Origin: Hypanus sabinus | Taxonomy: Eukaryota | Reading direction: 5' to 3' | Length of the DNA: 64,000 nt | Assembly (NCBI RefSeq): GCF_030144855.1 | Contig: NC_082731.1 | Location: forward strand, 11,532,001 to 11,596,000 | Part shown: piece after piece, positions 49,880 to 62,964 of the stretch | How positions within the stretch are numbered: the first letter of the stretch is position 1 | Layout of the letters: every line of letters starts with the position of its first letter | Notes under the pieces: generated by a model | The model's input: only the letters and a program-made list of their open reading frames with translations | Databases searched by the model: none | Told to the model about the DNA's origin: nothing | Made by a program: the position numbers and the translations under genes

Positions 49880-50720
49880 TTCTGGTAGAAATTGGTGAAT
49901 TCAATTTTCTCTAAACGGGTTAGCAATGGCTTACTTGGTTAATATAAGAGAACAACTTTGGAAACTCTAATAGAGTGTTGGGACCACTTTGTTGGTAAGG
50001 TCAGTTTCGATGGATGGGAAATGAACGGGCATAAAATCTTGGGCAATTCAGTGTGAAATGTGGTCCTAGTGTACTCCTTTCTGTTACACCATCATGGTTT
50101 TCCCTTTGCATATGGTTTGTTTTAAACCTTCATGAAAGATCCTGAGGAAGATTAATTGTCTATCAAAGCCACAGGCAGTTCAGCAGTTTCTGCAAGGCAG
50201 ATATTATGGCTTCTTTCATAGCTATACAGATGGATCAAACGATCTGGAGACAGGCCATTCAGGTCTTTCTGCTAATGTTCCAAACATGCCTATTAAGAAA
50301 AGATTATCAGGCAGAGTATCATTATTTACACCAGAGATAGTTGCTCCCACTTTAGCTTTGAAATACACCCTGATTACGTACTCCTGTGCTTTGCTTCATT
50401 CCTGGTTTTAACGTCGGTTGAAACATACATTTCAAATTGTTGGACAGACATTATTCTAGAGAATGGAAAACACCTGATGAGGCTGCAGGATCCAGCCTTG
50501 TGCGTTCATTTCTTAGGGTCATTGCGAATGTTGGGGTTGAAGCAAACAAGGTGACAGACATTCTAGCCAAGTAATCACTTAACATTGAGCATATAACTGT
50601 TGTGGTGACTTTGCATAAAGTGGAGGTGAAAGTCATAATTAACAAGTCTCTTTGATCACTACGGCAACAATGTTAGGATAAAGAAAGAAAGGACGGCGAT
50701 TATATTTAGTAAATATCAGA
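49880..50720 (+). mobile_element. Decayed Nimb/I-group LINE, RNase H region
   Basis: Hand translation through stops: ..HSYTDGSNDLETGHSG.. and FLRVIANVGVEANKVTDILAK..LHKVEVKVII..QQC*DKERK, matching the YTDGS and WVPAHVGVEGNE.VD.LAK motifs of LINE RNase H. Confidence 0.72.
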
Positions 50721-50769
50721 GGACTGTGGGAAATTAACTAAAGAAGCATTCATTGTGAAATAATTCCTT

Positions 50770-52080
50770 GTCCAGTTATGCTTAAATTCAGTACCCAAGA
50801 TGGGAAAACGGAAACTCTTGAAAGACTACTATCCAGTTGCCCTGACCTCACGCATCATGAAGACGCTAGAGAGGCTCGACCTGGCTCATTACTGATCCTG
50901 ATCAGACTAACTCTTGATTTCCTGTAGTTTGCCTACTAGGAGTACATTAGGGTCGCCGATGTTGTCATCTACCTGTTGAACAGGGCCTACTCCCATCTGC
51001 ATAAGCATGGTTGCACCGTGAGGATCATTTTATTTGTTTTCTCGAGTGCCTTCAATAACATACAGCCCTCATTACTGGGTAAAAAGCTCCAGTAAATGCA
51101 GATTGGCACTTCCATTTTATCCTAGATTATGGTCTATTGGACTGGCAGACACAGTTTTTGTGTCTTCATAGCTATGTGTCAGACATAGCTCAATCAGCAC
51201 TGGGGCCCCACAGGGGACTGTTTTGGCTCCCATCCTGTTTACCCTGTATATCACAGACTTTAGATATTACACTGAATCACGTCTTGTGCAGAAATCAGAA
51301 ATTCTCTGCTGACTCAGCAATAGTTGGGTCTATAAAGAGAGGATGTGAGGATGAAGACAGGACCACGGTGGAGGACTTGGTCAAATGGTGCAAGCTGAAT
51401 TATCTGCAGCAGAACATCAGTAAGACAAAAGAGATGGTGATAGACTTTCGGAAGACTAAGCCTCCACTGCTCCCTTTTACTACTGATGGTGAGGACATGG
51501 ATGTGGTGAGGAAATACAAGTACCTGGGGTTGTACAACGATGACAAACCTGAGTGGAGCACCAACAGAGGCTGAATACAAGAAGGGCTATAGTCACCTCT
51601 TCTTCCTGAGGATACTGAGGTCCCTTAGATTATGCAAGACTGTCCTTCATATGTTTTAGCAGTTTGTTGTCACCAGTGCAGTCTTCTATGTTGTTGTAAT
51701 GTGGGGCAATTGCATCAACATGAGGCTCAATAAACTGATTAGAAAGATTGGCTCCGTTATAGGAGTCAAACTGGAAACAACAGAGGCTGTGGTAGAAGAA
51801 AAGACCCTGAGAAAAATCCTGGCAAGTCTGGACAATGTTTCTCACCCTCTACATGCCACCTTGGCTGAACAGAGGAGTACTTTTAGTAATAGAGTAAGAC
51901 AACTGCACTGCTCTAAAGAGCAAGCAGCATATGAGGTCTTTCTTACCCTTGGCCATTAGGTCCTATAATGAGTCAACCTAAAGTCGGTGAAGAGATGACC
52001 CCCTCCTGTTATTCTGTCTGAGGCAATTTTTTTTTTATTCTTAATTAATTCTCTTCTAATATTAGTATACCTGTGCACTT
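50770..52080 (+). mobile_element. Rex1/Babar LINE (degenerate)
   Basis: YYPVALTSRIMKTLERL, FSSAFN, KFSADSAIVG, NISKTKEMVIDFRK, KYLG. Confidence 0.87.
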
Positions 52081-52106
52081 GTAATGCACTGTAATGAATC
52101 TGAAAC

Positions 52107-52280
52107 NNNNNNNNNNNNNNNNNNNNNNNNNNNNNNNNNNNNNNNNNNNNNNNNNNNNNNNNNNNNNNNNNNNNNNNNNNNNNNNNNNNNNNNNNNNNNN
52201 NNNNNNNNNNNNNNNNNNNNNNNNNNNNNNNNNNNNNNNNNNNNNNNNNNNNNNNNNNNNNNNNNNNNNNNNNNNNNNNN
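52107..52280. other. Assembly gap (174 N)
   Basis: Run of N. Confidence 1.
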
Positions 52281-54764
52281 GAGCACACTTGTTAAGAAAT
52301 TATGCAGATCCTATGAAATGCAAAAGAAACTTCCAATTGCTACATTGAAAGCATCTTCCCCCCCTCCCCAAAAAAAAAACCTAACCTTGTTACTTCTTCC
52401 TCTATCATTTCTAAAACTTCAAAAACCCGATACGTTAATCAGTCGTCCCTGCACCACTTTTAACCAAGTTTCTGCAATGGCCACTCCATTGTACTTACAT
52501 GTACTGATCCAAGCTCCAACTTCATCACCCTACCCAGAATGCCCCTAGAATTAGAGCACACACACTTCAACCCATTTCACCCATCATACCTGTTATTTAG
52601 ATAATGCATTTCAAAACTTTCCTTGATATGCATTTTCCGGTCCGATCCTCCCCTTACTGACCTGAGGCTCTGGTTTCCTATCCCTGCAACACTAGTTTAA
52701 ACTCTCCTGAGTAGCATTAGTATTGGTTAGTAGACTTAGCACCGTTTGACACTAAAGTTGATGGACGAGTATCTGATGAACGCATTTGACTGGAAAAAGT
52801 TTGTATCTTAGAAATTATTTGGGAAGTATTTAGTACAGATATCCAGCTATTTTTCTTGTATCCAGGGTCAATGTCGAAACAATGTCAAATAAAAATAAAC
52901 ATTACTTAAAAAAATGCCAAGTGAGGTGCTGATTGAGAGAAAAATAGAAATGATAAACAGACACGAAGCGAGCGTTCTGTCAAATGATGCAAAATACCGC
53001 ATGTTTACAAGTACATTGTTTACCAGGAGTAAAAGTCCTTCAAATGTCCTGAGTACTAGGGAGAGAAAATAAAAGCAGGGAAGTCTTGGTACAACCTTCT
53101 AAAATATTACGTAGGACACAGCTGAAATATTATGCATAGTTCTGACCAGATTTGACTGGAAAGGAAGCAGATGAAATTCGCAATCTGTTGCCTGAGAGGA
53201 GTAATTGGATAGAAAGGAGTTGTCTTCTTTCATATAGAGGAGGTTCAGGGAAGAGGCACCAGAGATATACGTTACTCTGAGATGAATAGGTTTCAGTACC
53301 TTTCAACAGGTACACTTAATGTCAGAGAAATGAGTACAATACGCATCCTGAATTTCTTCTTTTTCTCAAACATCCATGAAAACAGAGGAGTGCCCCAATT
53401 GAATAACAGTTAATTGTTAGAACCCCAAAGTTCCCCCAGCTCCCACCTCTCACACATAAGCAGCAGCAAAGCAACGACCCGTACCTCCCCCACCAGCAAA
53501 AAGACATCGGGACCAACACCGACCACTTATGCGTGCAGCAAAGCATCAATAAAGACACAGACTCGCAGTACACTCGTTCACCTGGTATTCTAACTACCAC
53601 AGACTCTCGATCTCTCTCTCTCTCTCCCTAATAAAGGAAAAAAAATTGTCGCGTTTCATAGCGAGAGTGGCCTTGGTCTTCCAGGTCGCATCTTTGGCAT
53701 ATCGAAAAGCGGCCTGCCTTGAGGCTCCAAGATCCCATTTCCGCAAAGAACCGAAGTCAGCGTGTAACTCCAGGTCAGGGTCTTCAAAAGAACCTTGAAA
53801 AGGGAAAAAAGAGAGATAACAAAGATAGAAATAGAGGTCATTTTTCCGGAAGATAAATGCAAAGGAGTAGATGTTGGGTGTCCTCGTCCTCCTAAGCTCA
53901 GCCCAAAAGATAGTTAAGGTTGATAGTAAGAATTCTTCAATGAATAGAGGGATTAGTCCACTTTAAGGCGAGGAGTAAGAGATTTAGGTGATTTGATGAG
54001 GGTGACTGCAATCTGTAACGCACTGCCTAACTGGGTGGCGGAAGTAGCTTCTGTCACAATATTTCAGAAGTACGAGTACTGTATAAACATTTCATTTGTC
54101 AAAGCAGAGAAAGCCAAGTGATGGTAAATGGGATAAGTGTAACATTCACTTGACCATCGGTGTAAACATAATGGACGAAGGGCTTCTCTCTCTCTCTGCG
54201 GTACCACTGTGCAACTATGGCGGATAAGATCGGATAGAATGAATGATATACCCTAGTACGGATGATGGCATTCGCATCACTTCGGTCATACGTGAGTTTC
54301 GACTAGCTACGGGTTGCGACTGAACCACTGACCGCTGGACATCAGGTCTCCGGAAAGAGTAGCGTATTTAATCTTCCAGAAATATCTCCCTCTGAGATTT
54401 GAAATCGAGACAGGACACATAATGAATTAATTCACATCGTCCGCACTTCTCAGTTCGAGCTGCTGAACTGTTTCGACATTTCCTTTTTCCCCAGGAAAAA
54501 AAAAGCAGATGCCGTTAAATGTCAAGGAATTGCAGCGAATTATTGATTGTTTCCTTTTCATTGTCGAGAGATTTCAGTAAAAATGCCAAACCAGGATGGA
54601 GGAAATTTGCCTGCTACTGATAATCTGATGAATATTTCCAGTGTTTACTCGCTGCTCAGCGAAGTAGGAAACCAACAGAAAAGTCATGAATCATAGTCGG
54701 CACGTAAAGACCACAGCCATGCCCACCAATTGAATTCTGTTATCCATATCGAAAACACAGATTC

Positions 54765-57200
54765 ATAGAAACAGAAAACCTACAGCACAATGCAGGCCCT
54801 TCGGCCCACAAAGTTCTGCCGATTATGTCCCTGCTTTAGAAATGACTAGGGTTACCCAGAGAACCTCTATTTTTCTAAGCTCCATGTACCTGTCCAAATG
54901 TGTCTGAAAAGACCCTATCGTATCTGTCTCGATCACCGTTGCCGGCAGCCCATTCCACACACTCACCACTCTCTGCGTAAAAAAAAAATACCCCGGACGT
55001 CTCCTCTGTAGACATGCACTTTACCTAAAAACATATTCAATCGTTAATTCTACTCATTGTTACTCCACCGTCCCGACATTATGAGTAGAATAAATTTCTG
55101 ACTGTTCCACACTCATCCGCGTAAAGCGGTGGAGTGATGAAAGGTTATCAGCACAGAGACGGGTCTTTGGCTCACTACGTCCATGTCCACTCATTGGCCC
55201 GTCGACGTATTACTTCAAGTTTTGTCATTTAAATCACGGCAATATATGAACTTGTCCTGAAATGAATTATGTGGACTCAGCTTTCCGTATTTACAGTTTA
55301 TCGGGAGTAACCGAGAGCAGCTGACCGACGTGAGCTGACTGACGGTGTATAGTTCCAAATAACCGATGGCATTTAGACATTCGGCCTTCGACACATTGAC
55401 GGGTTCAGAAATTTTCCAAAATAGGACGCATACAGACACTTGCTTTTTCCTCTGTTGGGGACTATAAGGCAGCGGAACAACTTTGCATTCTGGGATGTTG
55501 TCGATTTTATAAAAATGTAAAATTGTGAAAGAAGATCATAGAAGCCTACAGAGATCAGACCTGGCCCGTGACAACAGTCATGCCGAACTACGCTTATCGT
55601 ATTTCCCTGCATTAGACTCACGGTTCTCCCTTCCTTTCCCATACAAGTATCTGTTCAAACGTCTTTCAAGCGTTGTAATTGTGTTCATCTCTGTCACCAC
55701 CTCTGACAGACCTTTCCAGATAACCATTACCCTCTCAGTAAACCACCTTACTCCCCAGATCTCATTTAAATATGCCCCTCTTGCCTTCAACCTGTGCTTT
55801 CTAGTTCTACTCTCGACCGTCCTGGAGAAAAGCACTTTTGCTTTCTCTCCTGTCTGTACACATTACGACCTTATGAACATGTATAGGGTCACGCCTATGC
55901 TTCCTGCGTTACATTGGGAATAATCGAAGCCGATCCATTCTCTCCTTATAACTAAAGTCAATTCCAGGTAGCATCTGGCTAAATCACTTCTACCCTCCAT
56001 TACTCCCAGAGCGTTCCTGCAGTGTGGTACCAGAACCCGAATATATGCAGGGCGAATGTATGCATTTGCATCATGGCGTGCTGGCTGTTATAGGGAATGC
56101 TACGGCGCACGCAGCCAAGCACTAACGCAGTCATCTGTTTCAACACGTTCTGGTGGCTGTGGGATGACACTTCAAAATCAATTTATACTTCAATATTCCT
56201 CCAGCCCCTATCACTCGCTTTCACTGCCCGACCACTTTACGAATTTAACATCACATAATTTGCATGTACCGCTATTCTGGCCGCCTTTCCAGTTGGTAAA
56301 TGGAAAGCAGCAAACACAATGCTCTGTCAACAGACAACAGAATCACAGTAGTTTTATACCACACTTTGTAACTTCTTTATCATCGATCCAAGGAACTAAC
56401 AAGAAGCAAAGGATTCGGCGACAGGAGATGACAATTATTATAGCCGGCAAACTCGACAATACAATAGATAGAACTGAGTGACTTAAACACAAGGAACAAT
56501 CAATGTTTACTGTCCTGCCACATCCCGCCGCGATTGGCCCTCGATCAATCCAATATGAACAACTTAGTCCAAATAATTCGAGCTTGAGTTATTCTCGTAG
56601 CTATCATGTTCTTTTCATTGCCTCCGCTTTTGCATCAAATGGCGGAATATCGAAAACTAATTCCGCTCTACCTGGAGATCACCACTAAAGGGTTTTCCAG
56701 TATCCAACGAAAGAAAATAATTTTCCCTCATTGTCTCACGAACACCGAACATAGAGGACGGGAACAGGCCCTTCGTCCCTTGATGCCAAATTAAACTGCT
56801 CCCTTTTGTCTGCGTATGATCCATATCACTCCATTCCATGCATTTGCGTGTGCCTGTCTAAAAGACTCTTGAAGGCCGCTGGCGTGTCTCCATCAGTGTC
56901 CCTGACAGCGCGATTCAGACACCTTTCACACACATCGCCTTACCTCATCTCTCACCTTAAAGCTACTCTCTCTAGTATTCGACGTATCTACCCAGGGAAA
57001 GTTATTTCGGCAGTCATGACTCTATGAATTTGTAAACTATCGGTCACCCTTAGCTATGATGCTCCAGAGGAAAAAATGCAATCTTATGCAACAGCTGCTG
57101 ATAAGGCCCTCTTATTTAGGCAGAGTCCTTATAACCACCCCGCTCCACCACTACTACCTCAATGCTCACCAAAACCTTCACTTTATTTCAATAACAGGGC
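54765..57200 (-). mobile_element. Three separate CR1 3' fragments (about 54765-55010, 55540-56050, 56740-57200) among unique DNA
   Basis: catagaaacagaaaacctacagcacaa tail; ESRTRKHRLK.., FTERV..IW..L, TTLERRLNRY; antisense CR1 3' UTR caggcccttcg. Confidence 0.7.
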
Positions 57201-58059
57201 CAAATAACTACAGAAAATTTACTAAGTACGGCTTAACCAGAAGTACATACGGCTGCATCACGACTTCCTGGTTCCTACACTTGGTACCCGTAACGACGAG
57301 GCAAGCTTGCTTTAACGATCTATTTAAATGCTGTGCAACTGCGATATGGACTTGGGCCCCAATAGTTTCATAATAATCCGGCAGTAGTATATACACTGCA
57401 GTCTTCGCCCTAAAAGGACCGTACCAATTTTTACATAACTCCGTTTGCTCCGTTGAAAAATCAACCCTTCATTTATTTAGTAACTGGTTTCCAGTGTTTT
57501 CGAGACACGCCACCTCATAAACAGTCCCATGTTCCTGAGATTGGACCAGTCAATGCTATTACTGCTTCGTACACAGTGGTGCTTGGACCTGTAAACAGTA
57601 TATCGTATTTTATAATATGCAATGCAACCAACGACTAGATTGATAATAAATGTGCCTTGAACTTTGATTAGAAATCGTAACTTATATAACTCCAGGGGGA
57701 TTGTAATGTCACGGTGTTATGCTTGTATGGTGATAATGTATTGCATAATAAATATAAAAAAATTTAATCAATTTTCTTCCGTCCATGCAGATTTGTATAT
57801 GTATTTCATAACTTGTCTTCCAAGTCTTGTTACAGAAATTGAACTCAGCATTGTTGTCATAGAACAAACTCAAACCTAATATCACGAATTACTTTGATTT
57901 CCAGCATCTGCAGATTTTCGCTTGTTCTTTATCATAAATTGGTGTTGCAGTTGGAAAGCTCGCAGGATTGTATATAGATGCTCAGTGACATTGCTGCCAG
58001 ATTTTGCTATCAAAATGATCTCGAAACAGATTTATTGAACAAACGTTGTGTAAAATGTA

Positions 58060-58870
58060 AAGCAACAAGACACAAAGAGCTGGAGGAACTCAATAGGTCC
58101 GAGAGTATCCATGAAAAAGAATAAACATTCGACCTTCCGGGCTGAGGCCGTTTTTCCGCACTGTGAAGAAGGGAAGAAAATACCAGAATAAAACGGTGGT
58201 GGGAGGAGACATATGCCAGCTGAAAGCCAGGTGAGTGGAAAAAGGTTAAGTGCTGGAGAAGAATCTAATGGGAGAGGAGAGTGGACCATAGGAAAATGGA
58301 AGGAGGAACGAAACCTGGGCAAAGTAATAGGCAAGTGAGAAGAAGTAAAATGTCAGAGTGGGGAATAGTGGAAGGGTGCACGGATTTATTTACCGGACGG
58401 ACAATCGATATTCATGCAATCAAGTTGGAGGATACTCAGAAGGAAAATGTACTGTTGCTCCTCCACCCTGAGAGTGACCTTATTTTGTCACAAGAGGAGG
58501 CCATGTATCGTCACATCTGAACGGGAACAGGAATGGAAATCGGAATTAAAATTCTTCTTTTCCTCAGTCTGGCCTTTTAGTTCTTCTCACCTGCCTATTC
58601 CTTCGCCTCGGGTCCCCTCTTTCCCTTTCTCCTGTCGTCCACTCTCATCTCCTATCAGATTCTTTCTTCTCCAGTTCTTGACTTTTCGCATGCACTGGTT
58701 TCAACTGTCACCTTCCTCTTCTCCCTCCACCCACCCACACTTTTTATTCTGGCACTTTCCCCCTTCCTGCTCAGTTCTGAAAAGGTCAAATGTTTATTGT
58801 TTTCTGTCGGTGCTGTCTGACCTGCTGAGTTTCTCAAGCGTTTTATGTATGTTGCTATGGATTTCCAGTA
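58060..58870. mobile_element. Penelope-like 3' ends in inverted arrangement
   Basis: Minus-oriented copy at about 58060-58550 abuts a plus-oriented copy at about 58555-58870; the terminal repeat is seen in both directions. Confidence 0.72.
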
Positions 58871-60479
58871 CCGACAGTCTGGAATCTATAAATGATTCTA
58901 TGCGTTCTATTAAAAATGGGGACGGCTATGCTAGCACCATTCTTTTATGGTGACGAATTATGTTGACTCCTTGCAATGGGAAGATGAATTGCACATTGAC
59001 GCTTCGATCACGATCTACAATTGTATGATGTTCAGGAATCTGATTGTTGTGTTTATTGCTTCGACGAAATGTAATCCCATTAACAATATTAGTTAAGGAA
59101 ATTCCTCACGTCTGTTGGTCGCTTGATTAATTCAAATAAACTGAAAACAGGCGGAAATATCAATCGATATTCCAACCCTGATTTCCAGTTATTTACATCG
59201 ACCTGTGAGCAGCCGAAAGCTAACCTCACTGATTCTTGTGTAGGGACCTCCCGTGGGATAATGGTGAGGGGCATATTCAGGAACGGAGCTGAATTATTCG
59301 AGAGGGGGAGCCACGAGCCTCCATGGGTGGAAGACCATTAATCCGTTCACAAATGTAGCATTCGAAAGGAAATGGTTGAGGCTGCACATGTTTCTCCATG
59401 GTGAACGCTTTGTTCAATCAAGAAACACGGTTAAGAAATGGATACAAAAGCATAAAAGATTTTGCCTGCAATTTACAGTGATGCATTGAAAAAACAGTTA
59501 GTCTGAGGAACGTGCGCTGGGTTAAACTTCTGCGTACACGACTTTGGAGTGTCCTGTATTGTGTATCGCTCTTTCAGTCTGATGGAAGAATAAAGAGTCT
59601 TGGCAATGGAGAAAATAAATACCGAATTTCATGGCTTTAAACTGGATTTCGTTGTGGTGCCTTCAGGGAACAGGTAAAATACCCAGATCTTTATTTCCAC
59701 AACAACGGGATCATAATCAAGATAAGAGTGCCAGGTGCGAAGTTTCAAAATATATTGTGCAAAATGGCCGGTCATTTCGTGATCCCTGCGAATTTAAAAG
59801 TCAAGTATGCATGTTCCGAGCAAAATACGAAAGCGAGGCTAAAGGGGAGGCAAATACGTTTTAGTTGTATTGAATCTTACGTGAAGGAAGACTTGCACTT
59901 TTTAAATTCCAAATTCGTATGTTACAATCGATGTCCATGGCGCAGATTCTGTTGTATTAGGAGGCCAAAGGGTAATTGGATCACCATAAAGGGTAATTGG
60001 ATTAACCTGCAGTTAATCCACAGGAACTGTTAGGATTTATCGATTGCTTGTCAATTTAATTGCCCACTGCTCTCCTCCACCTATATGTTTAATAATTTTG
60101 AAAATTAGTCGCTCGACCAGAAATTACATTGAATTAAGCAATTTCAGATTTCATATCGGTCTTCTAATTCACATTTCTACTTCTAGTTACCCCCTTGCTT
60201 TTATTCTTCTCTCCTCTTTTCTTGTGTCATTGATCTCGACCTACTTCCAGCTCAGATTTACCGTCCATCTGCACAGCTGATGCCAGCTTTCAGAGTCATT
60301 CAAGTCTTCCTATCTCCATCCATTTGCATTAATTTAAATATTGGACGGTACCGCTCAGATTAACCAATGACACGCTGAATACGATGGGGCCGGGAGTTTA
60401 GAAGCCTAATGGGAAGAAACTGTTTACAATGCTCACCATTCTTATTTCTATGCATTGTAGTCTTTTGCTTGAAGGAAGA

Positions 60480-61260
60480 AAGTTAAAGAGGTGGGTGGGA
60501 TCCTGAACAATACTAAGGTCCCTGCCCATGCAGTGCTACAGATAAATGTCTCTACTGGATGGTAGGCAGACTTCTATGATCCTCCCAGCTGTTCTCACAG
60601 TCTTTTGTAGGGACACCCGGTCCAATGGTCGACTGCTCCCATACCAGATGGAGATGCAACTTGTCAGAATGTTCTCAGTGGTGCTTCTGTAAATCGCAGT
60701 TGCGATGGTAGGTGAGAGCTTCACTATTCACAATCTTATGAAGTGGAGGCGCTGTTGTGCCTCTTGTTCAGGGAGGATAGGTGGAGGCACAAATAGAGTT
60801 GAAACAGGGAGGTTGCAGAAGGACTTCGACAGATTCGGAGAATACGCAAAGAAGAAGCAAATGGAATGCAATGTCAGGAAGTGTATGGTCATGCACTTTG
60901 GCAGTCGGAATAAAAAATATTGGATAACGAGATAGGTTCAAATGAAACCTATGGAATGAGTAGACATGCAGAGGATCTTTGCAGTGGTGAGAGGAGTCTA
61001 GGACCAGAGGGCACGTCCTCAGAATAAAGGACCGTTCATTTAGAATGGAGATGAAGAGGAATTTCTTTAGCCAGTCGATAATGAATCTACGGATTTCGTT
61101 GCCACAGGCGGCCATGCAGCGCAAGTCTTTGGATGTATTTAAGGGGGAGCTTGATTAATCAGTGAAGGTGTGAAGGAAACGGGGAAAAGGCACACAATGG
61201 GGTTCAGAGCGAGATGTACCAGACATGATGAAATGGCCGATCAGACTGGGCCTTTAATGG
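60480..61260. mobile_element. Rex1/Babar 3' fragment (minus, about 60480-60740) next to a CR1 3' fragment (plus, about 60770-61260)
   Basis: YRSTTENILTSCISIWYG..LQKTVRTA.RII; RLQKDFDRFGEYAKK.QMECNVRKC..HFG; ESRTRG..RNFFS. Confidence 0.78.
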
Positions 61261-61289
61261 CAGTGATGAACATATGTTCATATTTCGCT

Positions 61290-61290
<1 letters not shown>

Positions 61291-61335
<45 letters not shown>
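61291..61335. repeat. (CA)n microsatellite
   Basis: Perfect CA run. Confidence 0.97.
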
Positions 61336-61337
<2 letters not shown>

Positions 61338-62559
61338 TTAACTACTTAAGGCGTCAAATATCACAGTTCTAAACAGTTTTTGGAAAAATCTATCATTTGT
61401 AGTTTTCCCACTTGTAGTGTGAGGATATTATCCTGAACCGTCAACATGGTTTCTGTCTCCACAGATACAGTGAACTGTCGGTTATTTGCCCACTTTCTGT
61501 TTTTGAGTTCATTTGTATCATGCCTTGTTTAGAACTCATCTGTGGTACAGTTTACTTCAGACGAGAACGAGAACACATTCAACAAAGAACATTGCAGACT
61601 ATCTCAGCAACATGTATTGACAAATGCTGAATTCAACGGATACTCGAAATCTTTTGTATACCAGCAGCACAAAGTGTTGTCAAGCAGAGCTGCCTCTGCA
61701 AGAGACACAAAAAAACTTTACAAAGCATTGTCGTTTATCATGTCAGCAGTTTTGTTTCATTTAGGGGTTTGTTATCCATGGGAAGACTGTGCAGAATTGG
61801 TGGAATGATATCAGCTTTTGCATTGTGTAGAATGCGAGAGCCCTGCTATCATTGAAGTTGAGAAGAATATGACTGATTGCAATGAAGTTCTAAAATGTTG
61901 AAAATTGTTAGATCAAAATGGAATAAAATAACGCTGTTTTGGGATTCGTCAGAGAGACCTAATTGAAATTAGGAAACAGGTTTCTCTTACTGTCCATTCA
62001 AACACCATCAAAAGTATTGCCCAATGGTAGGCGGATGAAGGAAAAGGTGAAATTCAGGCACGCTGAGGACAATAGTTCATTTCTTTTACATGAAGTTATC
62101 AGATGCCCTGAGATTAATACGATAAATGGAATTAGAATACAGAAACGATGCTCTTTGTGAATGCTCACCTCCTGAGATGCTCTACCAACAGTGATTACTA
62201 GATGAGGTAATGGGGTTAAGTTAAATTATTTTCTCCCAGCCAATAAATCATGAGCTGAATATATCAGATTAAATTATTATTGTGTTCAAGCTTATCTGCT
62301 GGGATCCAATTAATGTGGATTATTATCTTTCTAAAGACGTGGATAATATTTTTCCTGATAATGACCGAGAAATGTAATTAGTGAGACTGATGAAACTGGC
62401 TGGGGAAAGCTTGCCGGTTTCTTTCCAGAACGGCATGAGTGAATGACACGAGCATTTACGTTAACGTAGTGATGCCTTGCGGTGTGCTGAAGCTAACTTT
62501 AAATCAAAATTCTGGTTGTATTTCGTTTATTTAGTTACCATAGAAGGCATTCTGTTTCC

Positions 62560-62960
62560 TCGTGTACCTAATAAAGTGGCCATTTTGTTTTCATGGTCTT
62601 CTGTTGTGGTAACCTGGCATCTACAATGTTCGATGTGTCATGCGTCAGAGATGCTCTTCTGCATTTTACTGTAGAAACACGTCGATATTTGCGTTACCGC
62701 CGCCTTCCTCTCAGCTTCAATCCGTCTGGTTATTCTTTCCCAAACTTTCTTACCAGCTAAATGTTTTTGCCCATTCAATTGCCACACACTGGAATTTTCT
62801 GTTTGTTTCTCGATCCATTCTGTATAAACTCTATGGAATGTTTTGCGTGAAAATTCCATGAGATCAGAAGTATCTGAGATGCTCGTGTAACACCTGAAAA
62901 CAGACTGGTATATGTCTAGGGGAAGAACTTCAGCCACTCTCCAACCCCACGTCCCATATA
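62560..62960 (-). mobile_element. Tc1-like DNA transposon fragment
   Basis: ORF 62638-62937 SISDTSDLMEFSRKTFHRVYTEW..RRIEAERKAAVTQISTCFYSKMQKSISD resembles the Tc1 transposase HTH region; adjacent gtacctaataaagtggcca motif typical of these elements. Confidence 0.75.
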
Positions 62961-62964
62961 CACA

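Noticed and set aside
51956-52548. ORFs spanning the N run
   Set aside because: Artefacts of translating through the assembly gap.
56315-56350. CACAATG-12-ACAACAGAA and the following CACAGTA as RSSs
   Set aside because: The nonamer lacks the conserved A-tract and no V/D/J coding sequence is adjacent; expected by chance.
56056-56481. 141-aa ORF and similar unexplained ORFs (27767-28027, 55215-55439, 59728-60033)
   Set aside because: No recognisable domain, splice context or coding bias; consistent with chance ORFs.
59967-60002. 15-bp direct repeat AAAGGGTAATTGGAT (period 21)
   Set aside because: Only two copies; an ordinary micro-duplication with no array structure.
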